DNA of 63,859 nt, the filler included, from Octopus bimaculoides (Eukaryota), in NCBI RefSeq assembly GCF_001194135.2. It is 6 parts of 6 records of this genome, joined end to end, with 100 filler letters (N's around TTAATTAATTAA, not from the genome) between each part and the next. Parts side by side here need not be neighbours in the genome. Positions count along the whole stretch, not along the records: positions 1 to 30,495 come from NC_068985.1; 5 more parts are not named here. One strand, written 5' to 3'. This document shows, piece by piece, positions 11,001 through 21,996 of the stretch. Under the pieces are notes generated by a model. It did not search any database and was not told the DNA's origin. It saw only the letters and a list, made by a program, of their open reading frames with translations. The translations under genes and the position numbers were made by a program. The stretch's first letter is position 1. Every line of letters begins with the position of its first letter.

Positions 11001-12732
11001 TATATATATAAGACTTATACATCCTCCTCCATTGGTGGTTTGACAAGTTGAGAGAGTGATGGAGGGGCCAGATGTGGGGGAATTGGATAGAGAGACTTTG
11101 AAGCTGAGTAACTGAAACGAGTCGATTGCCGCCATCTTTTGGAGTGAATTTAAGTGTTTGTATCTTGGACAGTTGTCTGCATATATACGTTAAGACCTAA
11201 AAGTTTTTTATGTAGATGTCTGTATTGTAGCAATGCATATGTATTCGTTTGTGTGCGTCTATGCTTATGTATAGAGCCTATGCTTATACTTGGGCACATA
11301 CATACATGGTTTCATGTGTGTGCGTCTTTGTATATGCATGGGTAAGAGTGTATGCTTATATTTACACATACATACATATATTCGTGAGTGTGCGTCTATA
11401 TTACATATGAGAAGGTGCGCTCATGCTTATACACATACATGCTGGAATGTGTGTGTACGCATGTATACAATTATATTTGTGTGTATTCGCGTACATATCC
11501 CTATATACGTGATGCTAATATACTTTTTTTTATACACATATATGCGTAATCCAATTTTGTGTGCGTTTGTTATATACGCTCCACTACCTTCTTTCTTTCT
11601 TTCTCTATTTCTTTCCTCACAAAAGCCATGCTTTCTCCCTTTCTGCATTAGTAACATCCTTTATCTATACGTTACTCTTCTCCACCCCTTACTTCCCCCC
11701 TCCATAAGTTTAAGATACACTTGCCTGTTCCAACACTGAATAATTTTCGTATGCGGGCATGATTGCGTGCATATATGTATATGTATACATGTGTATTCGT
11801 GCATGTATTTATGTCTTACAAATATATGCCTATATACATATATTGTCTGTACGGATGCATCTGTGTATTTTGATGTATATATGTATGTTGTAGATAGTCT
11901 AGTATACATATATACTGTTCTAAAATTTTAATTTTTTATTTAATGCAGCGTAAATTTTATTTTAATTTTAATGTGTTAACTGAGCGATAATTCGAATATA
12001 ATTATTTACAATATGTATATTGAACCCACTTTTCAATTTAAGGTTTTCTTTTGATTNNNNNNNNNNNNNNNNNNNNNNNNNNNNNNNNNNNNNNNNNNNN
12101 NNNNNNNNNNNNNNNNNNNNNNNNNNNNNNNNNNNNNNNNNNNNNNNNNNNNNNNNNNNNNNNNNNNNNNNNNNNNNNNNNNNNNNNNNNNNNNNNNNNN
12201 NNNNNNNNNNNNNNNNNNNNNNNNNNNNNNNNNNNNNNNNNNNNNNNNNNNNNNNNNNNNNNNNNNNNNNNNNNNNNNNNNNNNNNNNNNNNNNNNNNNN
12301 NNNNNNNAGGAAGGAAGGAAGGAAGGAAGGAAGGAAGGAAGGTAGATAGATACATAGATAGATAGACAGATAAATAAATAGATAATAAGGAGAATGAAGA
12401 ATCTGACATTCAAACCTCATGTCTATTTCAGTTAGTTTATTCATAATAATAGTCCGACATGTGTTTCCATTACATTTGCATCTTGTTGCATATTCATATG
12501 CAGCGATTTATACATTATTAGTACAATCTCTTCGGGACATATAAGTATGACATTGTTTGAAGAGGAATTTTCCTCTGCTATTAGTTTGAATTAGGCTTGG
12601 TAGTAGTAGTAGTAAACCATGACATTCTCCTACATGTTTTCCTCAACTGTTTGTTTGGGAAAAATTCAGTAGCAGTAGCAGCAGTGTTTGTTGAAGTTAG
12701 CAAATGTTCTTGGTTAGGTGGGGAGTTGTTAC

Positions 12733-14193
12733 TTAACCCTTTATTGTTCAGATTAATTTGTCAAATGTAATGCTTATCTGTTCACATTAATTTTGATTTA
12801 TTCATGTTCAAGTGGGGTGCCCACAATATTTGCTTCTAACTTTATTAATTTTCTACATACAGAATTGAAATTTTGTAAATGGGTGCTTATATGCCAGTGG
12901 TTTATAATTATGTAATTTTAGCTGATCTTTCTGACTAAATTTGACTTTTATGGGCAGGTAAATTTAATTAACAGGTGTAAAAACAATAACATTATGAATA
13001 AACACTAAAATTCATATTCCTAATACATCTTATCTGCTTGGTTTGCTGCTAAAATTATCCCAGATGTCAACCGCCAACAATTTTACATTTTTCAAGATGA
13101 GGTACATTATTTCAATTAATTAAAATACAGGTGTAATCGGTAGAAGATTTTACTTTTTTTCTATATTTCATTCAAACATTATCATTGAAAATAAAGTACA
13201 AAACTCTTTTACCAGTCAATATACCATTGGCTATGCACTCTTATACAATTTAATGAATTCATTTATGTAACAGAATGCATCTAATAAAAAAATCTCATTA
13301 ACAGGTGAGGCAAAGGTGAATACAGGTGTGTAACATAGTGAAAATTAATATGTAGTTCTCACTTTCACATATTATTTATAATAAAATGAAAAAGAATGTA
13401 TAAAATAATATACTTACAAAATAATATAGATATGATATATTTCATGCCCGAAGCACCCTTTACTCAAGAGCACTTTGCAGAAGGAGCACATGTATGAGGT
13501 CTCAACCTGATATCCTTTTGCAGTTTTTCTTTTTTGCCGCGAACACAGTCTGCAAACTTTTTTTCTCCCATTTATTTTTTCGACTTGATAGAAGTCAACA
13601 TTTTCTCTGTTGACATCCACTTCAGTTAATTTTGCTTTTCTCCCAGTTCTGTGCTTTCTAGAAGAAAAGCCCTCACGTAACTGAGATGCGATGTCAACCC
13701 GACATTTCAAATGGTCGTAGTCTTTTGGTGGTGGAGGTACTTTGTGGCTTTTTACATATACAATATATGAATTTACAATAGTTAAATTAACTAGTAACCA
13801 CAAAATGTACCTCCACCATTTCTTCCCAGGTCGACCAACTGGGTAATATGCCCGATATTGGTCGGATTTATCAACCCCACCCATATATTTGTTATAACAA
13901 ATATTCACGAGGGGTTTCCCGTCAGCACCAACACCAGGTTGTTCATTAGAAGACAGAAATAAAATCTGTCTTTTGTCTTTATAAGCAGTAATTAATAGAT
14001 TTTCTTTTTGCATCTGTAAAATGTCCCCTCTATTTTTTAATTTTATTTTCATTTCATGGGGTAAACCTTTATGGTTTCCCATAACAGTACTACACATGTA
14101 AGTACTTACATGGGCAAGATTTTCCGCCAAAGCCACTGACGAAAAAAAAACGGACGAAATAGAGAATTGTGCTAATTTCAAGATTTTTCTCAT
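12733..14193 (-). mobile_element. piggyBac transposon 3' part (transposase C-terminal half with cysteine-rich domain)
   Basis: ORF 13414-14193 has FFSSVALAENL..TYMCSTV..N.KGLP, YNKYMGGVDKSDQ, KKWWRYI and a C-terminal CxxC...CxxC...C..H region. Terminus TTAA|CCCTTT at 12733-12742, subterminal CAGGTG repeats at 12970-13330. The N-terminal half and the other TIR are missing. Confidence 0.9.
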
Positions 14194-14436
14194 TGAAATT
14201 AATAGTTAAAAATAGTTGAGAGGACCTATAGATCTATAACAGAAGACAATCAAATTTGATGTAAGATAAAGTATCTAAGAATTAGCTATTTAGTATTTCT
14301 TGCACAGAGTACAGTTGGAAGCCAAACTAACTGATGAATTTGTATTTTCAAAAATAGTGAACAGAATTTAAGTGGAAAATATGACAGTAAAAAAAAAGTC
14401 ATCTTTTGTGAATGATTGTATCTTGCATGCACTTAC

Positions 14437-14540
14437 CTGTGAATGTTTAAATTATATTGTTTCAGATTGATTTCACATCCTTGCTCTCTATTTAGTAATA
14501 CAATGGCATCAGTCACACAAATACCAAGAGACCTGAGTGA
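14437..14540 (-). CDS. UMPS: UMP synthase exon (OPRT domain C-terminal part)
   Basis: Minus strand tgttttttAG|TCA...CAC AG|GTAAGT, 104 nt, phase 0 to 2. Translates SLRSLGICVTDAIVLLNREQGCEINLKQYNLNIH(S), matching the OPRT motif VTDAIVLLDREQG...LHS of animal UMPS. Confidence 0.93.
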
Positions 14541-15160
14541 CTAAAAAACAAAAATGTATATGCATTGTCTTATTTTTTATATTTGATGGGATGGCATTTG
14601 GTACATTTTTTTCTATAAATATATGTTTAAATATGATTAAAGGATATTTAATTCTACAGGTATTAATTAATCTAATACAATAAATAGTAACATTGTTTGA
14701 CTCTTTGTGATTAGAAGTTTTAGGGCATTTCAGAGAATGAGACATAGATTTAGTTCATAAGAAATTTAACAAATACACAAGAATGTGGAACACACTTTTC
14801 TTTTATTCTTTCACTAGTTTCAGTCATTGGACTCAATGGGATACTACATCAAAGGATTTTCCTAGTTTCTGTTTTATCAACATGCCAGCCAAAAAAAGAA
14901 ATGTCAACCTGGATGTATTTTCATTTAATGCACTTGTCTGACCTCCCTCCCACATTTGTGATTAAAATCTTGTAGGCAGAAACTATTGGATATATGTATG
15001 TAGACAAACATTTATACATCTCACAGTTTCTACCAACTAAATTTCACTTACAAGGCTTTGGCCAACCTGAGGCCATAGAAGACACTCAGAATGTAGGCAT
15101 TGATATCAAGCCTAGAACATGATTGTAAAAGAAATTTCCTGACTATACAACTATGCATAT

Positions 15161-15445
15161 ATCATCATCATCATCATCATCATCGTTTAACGTCCGCTTT
15201 CCATGCTAGCATGGGTTGGACGATTTGACTGAGGACTGGTGAAACCGGATGGCAACACCAGGCTCCAATCTAATTTGGCAGTGTTTCTACAGCTGGATGC
15301 CCTTCCTAACGCCAACCACTCAGAGAGTGTAGTGGGTGCTTTTACGTGTCACCCGCACGAAAAACGCCACGCTCGAAATAGTGTCTTTTATGTGCCACCC
15401 GCACAAGAGCCAATCCAGGGGCACTGGCAACGATCTCGCTCGAAA
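15161..15445 (-). mobile_element. SINE family A
   Basis: (CAT)n followed by the revcomp of the family A tail and core (CTGGATGCCCTTCCTAACGCCAACCA). Confidence 0.88.
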
Positions 15446-16431
15446 ACCCTACAAAATGCACAATGCACTTGAAGTAATTGTTGGATTTTTAAGGTGCGAT
15501 CTAAAATAANNNNNNNNNNNNNNNNNNNNNNNNNNNNNNNNNNNNNNNNNNNNNNNNNNNNNNNNNNNNNNNNNNNNNNNNNNNNNNNNNNNNNNNNNNN
15601 NNNNNNNNNNNNNNNNNNNNNNNNNNNNNNNNNNNNNNNNNNNNNNNNNNNNNNNNNNNNNNNNNNNNNNNNNNNNNNNNNNNNNNNNNNNNNNNNNNNN
15701 NNNNNNNNNNNNNNNNNNNNNNNNNNNNNNNNNNNNNNNNNNNNNNNNNNNNNNNNNNNNNNNNNNNNNNNNNNNNNNNNNNNNNNNNNNNNNNNNNNNN
15801 NNNNNNNNNNNNNNNNNNNNNNNNNNNNNNNNNNNNNNNNNNNNNNNNNNNNNNNNNNNNNNNNNNNNNNNNNNNNNNNNNNNNNNNNNNNNNNNNNNNN
15901 NNNNNNNNNNNNNNNNNNNNNNNNNNNNNNNNNNNNNNNNNNNNNNNNNNNNNNNNNNNNNNNNNNNNNNNNNNNNNNNNNNNNNNNNNNNNNNNNNNNN
16001 NNNNNNNNNNNNNNNNNNNNNNNNNNNNNNNNNNNNNNNNNNNNNNNNNNNNNNNNNNNNNNNNAATGACAGAAACCTTGGAATTAAGTTTTTGCATAAT
16101 AAAAATATAATGAAAAAGAAGAAAGATATGAAAAGAAAACTGGTTTCAATCTTGTGCAAAAGTCATGATTTGAAATGAAAAATATTGATGCTGAATGTGG
16201 AAGATCTGCAGAGAAATTAGATAGAGCACAAGTTTAGAGACTGGTTGTGCATAGAAAGCATTAACCAATACATGTGAAGAAGAACTATGATGGAGTAGAC
16301 ATACATGGGTGAAAGTGTTATGCTGCTAGAAATCACAACAAATAAAAACATGAGAAAAAGCAACATAATCAGATCTCACACACATATATATACATATGCA
16401 CATACATATATAGACATACATTTCGGTTCTT

Positions 16432-16965
16432 AGCCCCCTTCTTATTTATCATGGTCCTCCAATCTATAACTGAGGAATTTAAGATTAGCTGCTCTTGGGA
16501 GCTCTTCTATGCTGATGACCTTGTTCTTATTGCTGAATCACAACCAGAACTAGAAGAAATTTCAGGTATGGAAGCAAGGTTTGGAAATCAAAAGGCCTTA
16601 TAGTTAGTTTAGCAAAAAAAAAGTATTGATAAGTAGGAAAAACAGACAAATGAAATCAGTATATTTTGCTGGATGGGTTATATCAGTGTGCATATTCGAG
16701 AGGGTGTAAGAGATCTGAGAAAAAAACTGGGTATACACAGTAGTGTACAAGAGAGAAGACTGCACTGGTATGGTCATGTAATGCATATGAATGAAGACAG
16801 CTGCATCAAGCGGTGCCAATCTCTAATTGTAGAGAGAACATGCAGAAGGGGTAGACCCAGGGAGATCTGGGACAAAGTGGCGAGAAAGGATCTACAGATG
16901 TTGGGACTCACAGGGGATTCCTGGTGGTTTGCTGTGATTGAAAAGACAAATCAAACTAAGTGCTA
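16432..16965 (+). mobile_element. RTE LINE fragment (RT YADD region plus 3' end, internally deleted)
   Basis: PLLFIMVLQSITEEFKISCSWELFYADDLVLIAES at 16435-16540, and VQERRLHWYGHVMHMNEDSCIKRC...RGRPREIW (ORF 16673-16975). Confidence 0.9.
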
Positions 16966-17269
16966 CAAATTATAATAGTCTATCATTAATTCCTTTCTAC
17001 AATAGTAAATAGTAGATAAAAATATAGATATCATATTTTGTATTGAGTATGAAAATATGGCATAGTGTCAAATGATGTTGATGGATGGATGCTGTCTTTA
17101 CCTAATATAAAACAACATGTCTTAATTGTTGGACAGTTATGATTAATGGATTAGATGGCAAGCAGAACAAAGTTTGAATAAAAGCCTTTGAATTGGTTTA
17201 CAACACTAAGTAAAAGCATGGTTGTCCTACAGACTCGCCCCCTGCAACGCTATCCAGCTGAGCATCTCT

Positions 17270-17418
17270 GATCTCGTGGGCACATAGGTGCTGATGCCAC
17301 GTAAAAAGCACCCGTGCTGGTGCTGTGTAAATATACGCAGTACACTCGGTAAAGTGGTTGGCACTGGGAAGGGAATCCAGCCATGGAAACTATGCCAAAA
17401 CAGACAGATGATGATGAT
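17270..17418 (+). mobile_element. SINE family A, degenerate and truncated
   Basis: GCCACGTAAAAAGCACC, GTGGTTGGCACTGGGAAGGGAATCCAG, (GAT)n tail. Confidence 0.7.
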
Positions 17419-17419
17419 A

Positions 17420-18936
17420 CACATACACACACGGCCATACTCCATGGTAGTGAGACATGAGCTTTGAATGCAGAAGACATGCATCGACTAAAGAAGAATG
17501 AAGCTAGTATTCTCCGATGGATATTCAACATCAGTGTGTATGTACAACAAAATACAAATGTGATGAGAGAAAAATTGTGTATAAGAGGAATATTAGATGC
17601 AGCATGTAAGAGAGATTATGTTGGTTTGGACATGTGATGTGTATGAATGAAGACAGCTGTAAAAATAAGTGCCACTTGCTTAAAGTGGATGGCACCTGTG
17701 GAAAAGGGGAGACCCAGGAAGACATGGGATGAAGTAGTGAGGATGATGAGCCTCATGGAGAGATGACATTGGACCAAGATATCTGGCAATGAGGTTCTTG
17801 AGGAGACCTGCCCACTTCAGTGAAACTGAGTTCAAGGATCCTTTATTGCCAGATGTCTTGGTCCATTGTCATAAACCATCTCTTCTCTTCCTCATATTTC
17901 CCCTTTTTCATGCACTATGCTTATCTCTCCCTCCCCACTCCTGCAGACCAATCCTGTCCTGCCCACTATATTATTGCAATCCTGTTGTCCCCCCACCCTC
18001 TTCTATATACCCAGGTTTCCCCCAGTCACTGCAGCACTCCCCAACACTTTGCATTCATGTCAACTCCCTACTCCCCACTCATGCACCTTTGGCAATACTC
18101 TACCAGCCCATTTATAATCTCATCTTCATACATTGAGCATCTTGAGACTTTCTGACACACTATCTAGCAATCCAGAACACCCAAATTCTCTGAACTTCAC
18201 ACTTTAAGACATTGGCAACCTCTTCCTTTCTGCTTCAGCCCTAGCTAGATAAACCTGATGCCTAACTTCCCTTTTAGCTACCTTTCCAAACTCTTTTATG
18301 GCCCTGTTGACTTCACTGTTCCATTACTATGTCACTCTTTGTCTGGCAAAAGCTTTGCTCCAACCACAGCCTTGGTCTGTTACCCACAGTAGATTATCCC
18401 CCAAGAACTTCCAGTTGTCTTCTATGTCTCTTTCTCTTCCTCATCAAATGCTTCATTAAGGACTCTAAACCTTTGAAGATTTTGAAGGATTCTTGAGTTT
18501 AAATAACCTATTTTGAAGGATCCTTTAATGACAATGATGATGATACACACACACATGGTCATATTCCATAGTAGTGAGACATGGGCTTTGAATGCAGAAG
18601 ACATGCATAGACAAGAGAGGAATGAAACTAGTATGCACCAATGGATATTCAACATCAGTGTGCAAGTATAACAAAGTACAAATGTGATGAGAGAAAGTTG
18701 GGCATAAGAGGAATCAGATGCAACATGTAAGAGAGATTACGTTGGTTTGGATATGTAATCTGTATGAATGAAGATAGCTGTAAAAAATAAGTGCCATTTG
18801 CTTAAAGTAGATGCGCCTGTGGAAGAGGGAGACCCAGGAAGAGATGGGATGAAGTAGTGAGGACCAATCTCAAGATGATGGGCCTCATAGAGATGACAAT
18901 GGACCAAGACATCTGGCAATAAAGGATCCTTGAACT
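17420..18936. mobile_element. Rearranged RTE LINE debris: two direct copies of a 3' fragment around an inverted linker fragment
   Basis: Copies at about 17420-17830 and 18550-18925 (LHGSETWAL...RLCWFGHV...GRPRKTW type sequence). 17880-18420 reads as RTE linker on the minus strand (WNSEVNRAIK..AKREVRHQVYLARAEAE). Perfect 44-bp inverted repeat at 17829-17872 / 18893-18936. Confidence 0.82.
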
Positions 18937-18959
18937 TAAATAACCTCCTTTTCCACATC

Positions 18960-19560
18960 AGTTTGTGTTTCTGGGTCCATCTTGCTTTAAGTCACAAACT
19001 ACTAGCCTATGTTGAGCTGTACATTCTTCCCCTGGGAAGAACTTTGCATTCATGAGCATCTATCTCTCTGTTTCTGTGAGAATGTAATCAATCTGGTTAG
19101 TCTGCCCACCAGATTGATAAGTGATCAAATAGCTGGCATGTTTCCAGAAATTGGTATTGCAAACCAGTAAGTTATTTTGCATCACATAACTCCAGCAGCT
19201 TTGTTCCCTCCTGATTTCTAGAACCAAAGCCATAGCCTCCATGAGCACCATGAATTCCATTGGGGTGCTTTCCAACATGACCATTGAAGTCCCCTCCCTT
19301 AATGATAATGTCACTGTTTTTTATTGTCGAGGTAGTTTGTTGAAGGGATTCATAGAAACAGTCCAACTGAACATCTGTAAATCTGACATGTGGAGCATAT
19401 GTAGAAACAAATGATACTGTTACATTAAGCAAAACTATTCTTAGCTTAATAATCCAATCACACACCCTGACTACCTCAATCATCTTATCCATCTATTTCT
19501 TTGCCAGAAGAATACTTATTCTGCCTAACCCATCGCTGCTGCCCATCTATAAAAATTTCT
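18960..19560 (-). mobile_element. RTE LINE APE endonuclease fragment
   Basis: VSTYAPH, GGDFNGHVG, GYGFGSRNQEGTKLLELC and TNQIDYIL (ORFs 19172-19492 and 19060-19314). Confidence 0.92.
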
Positions 19561-19911
19561 ATCAATGTTGCTTCCCCACAAGCAGTCTAGCAGGGGTTCC
19601 CCTCCATCATAACTTTATACATACATAAGTATACACACATATAATTATACATATATACATACATGCTCATGGTTATCTCTGTTCAGTATCCCCTACAGAG
19701 AAGAGCTGAGAAGCCAGAAAAGTATCTAGGAGTCCAAGAGGGCACCACTGAGCTGATAAGGGAGGTTTTTCACTTCTTATGTAAACAAAATTTCTTTCTC
19801 CACAGTAAAATGCTGTGAAATTGCCTTTAGAAGGTGAAATATGAACTTATTTGAACTAACTTAAAGTTGATTTCTTTCTCATCACTGCTTACACACACAC
19901 ACGCACATACA

Positions 19912-21166
19912 CAAAGGTTGGACAAAATAATGAAAACACCTAACATCATAGCATCATAATTTTGAAATATCTATAAAACCATCAAGAGCTTCTTTATTTT
20001 TATGTTTTTTATTTATTATTATTGTTGCTTAATATGTTTTGCTAAAATTGCTGTTTCTTTTCAGATATCATCAGAAAAAGGTAATTAAAATTCATTAAAA
20101 TGACAAATCTATCAGACTTTCAAAGAGGTGCTCGTAAGGCAGGCATTAATGTAATGAAAACAGCTGAAATGTTTAGTGTATCAAGAAGTACTGTCTCAAA
20201 AGTAACGACAGCCTTTGAGAAAGAGGAGAAAACCTCCTTGTCAAAACAAAACTCCGGAAGAAAACCAAAACTTTCAGATACGGGCAGTTGGACTCATACT
20301 CGAATTGTTAGAAAGGATCACAAAAGTACAGCTCCCAAAATTACTGCAGAGCTTAATGACCACCCCGAGAACCCAGTTTCCACAAAAAATGTTCACAGGG
20401 AGCTGCTCAAAGCCGGATTTCACGGGAGGGCTGCAAATCAGAAAACCACTACTTTCAAAAACAAACATTGCAAACTGTTTAGAGTGGAGTAAAATCTGAC
20501 AGAATTGGTCCCTAAAGCAGTGGAAGAATGTTATTTTCGTGGATGAGTCATCCGTTACCATATTTTTGACCACCGGCCAAATATACGTGTGGAGACAGCC
20601 AAAAGAAGCATTTGACCCAGACTGCCTTCTTCCAACATGGAGGATGATCTGTGATGATCGGTAGGGGGCTATATCTTCGAAATCTACTGGCCTGATGGTT
20701 TCCCTTCATGGCAGAATTAATAATCAAGACGATTTAAGCATTTTATCTGATCAAATTAATCTTATGGTTGCAGAACTGTTTCCGGAAGGAAATGCAATCT
20801 TTCAGGATGATAATGCACCAATTCACACAACTAAAGTTGTTACTAAATGGCATGAGGAACATTCTAGTGAAGTTGAACATCTTATCTGGCCACCAAAGTC
20901 CCCAGATCTCAATATTAGAGAACATTTATGGTGCATTTTAGAAAAATAAATAAGGAGTCGATATCCTCCACCATCATCACTACAAGAACTGGAGACTGTT
21001 TTAGCTGAAGAATGAACAAAAATTCCATTGGAATCAATTCAAACTTTGTACAAGTCCATACCTCAGAGAATTCAAGCTGTAATTACTGCCAAAAGTGGTA
21101 CTACCCCATATTAAAATGAATTCGTTTAAAATTTTAAGGTGTTTCCATTATTTTGTCCAACCCTTA
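19912..21166 (+). mobile_element. Full-length Tc1/mariner transposon, DD36E (Incomer-type), transposase pseudogene
   Basis: TIRs CAAAGGTTGGACAAAATAATGAAAACACCT (from 19912) and revcomp TAAGGGTTGGACAAAATAATGGAAACACCT (ending 21166), length about 1255 bp. Frameshifted ORF 20100-21113 with MTNLSDFQRG, GRKPKL, FVDES, FQDDNAPIHT and WPPKSPDLNIREHLW. Exactly 36 residues separate D (20809-20811) and E (20920-20922). Confidence 0.93.
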
Positions 21167-21184
21167 TATATATATATATATATA

Positions 21185-21819
21185 CTAGCAGTTGCCCGTG
21201 TTATATGCAATTGAAGAATGAAACTTTTCTGTTATATTTTCTGTAAGGAACTGGAATACCTATGATTCAAATTTCATCAAAATTGCACATGAGGGTTCTT
21301 TCCCTCTTTACACACCCTAAAAAATTCTAATCATGATACATGTATCCCATACTATTGATCTTTATGCGCATATTCCAAAATTTCAGTCTTCTGGAACCTG
21401 TAAAAAGAATTTTGCTCCTGAAAAATGGAGCTCATGGAGCTCTAAAATGTAGGAATGAAGGCCCCTATTGGGGGTGGGTGTGTTAATGTCAACCAGAGAA
21501 GTTGAATTGTTGGGAATGTTTTTAACTTGGGTCTTATAGTATGCTTGTATATATGTAAGAGTATAGTTTCACTTTAATAGTTTCAATATGAAATTGAAAG
21601 TATCGGACATTACAGTAGAGTTTTACTTTCGACACGTAATACTGAAATAGTGGAGGAGATATGATATTGGTGTGGGCTCGAACTATGCAAGAAGTTAAAA
21701 ATTTTTTTACATGGACCCTAATTAAGGCATGTATAAATTTGGAATGAAATTGGTTGTGTAGTTCTCTTTTAGGGATTCACACAGACAGACACACATTCTC
21801 ATCTTTATATATATATAGA
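21185..21819 (-). mobile_element. Complete non-autonomous Helitron, 635 bp
   Basis: Minus strand A|TCTATATATATAAAGATGAG...GTCTGTCTG at the 5' end and ...CACGGGCAACTGCTAG|T at the 3' end: TC...CTAG termini inserted between A and T with no TSD. Only one arm of the usual 3' hairpin is recognisable. Confidence 0.8.
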
Positions 21820-21878
21820 TATACACACACACACACACCCAAACACACACATATATATATATATACACACACACCCAA

Positions 21879-21924
<46 letters not shown>

Positions 21925-21996
21925 ATATAAATACATAAAAGTCAATGAAGTTTGGTAAAAGAAGGTTATCATGTACATACTTTCTTGCTGTTGTCA

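Noticed and set aside
11128-11140. GCCGCCATCTTT YY1-like promoter motif (similar AGATGGCGC at 36844)
   Set aside because: An isolated short motif within an intron or repeat context, with no other promoter evidence.
12015-12050. LKLKSGF peptide resembling the OPRT FxLKSG motif
   Set aside because: It lies downstream of the later OPRT exon (wrong order) and the surrounding residues do not match.
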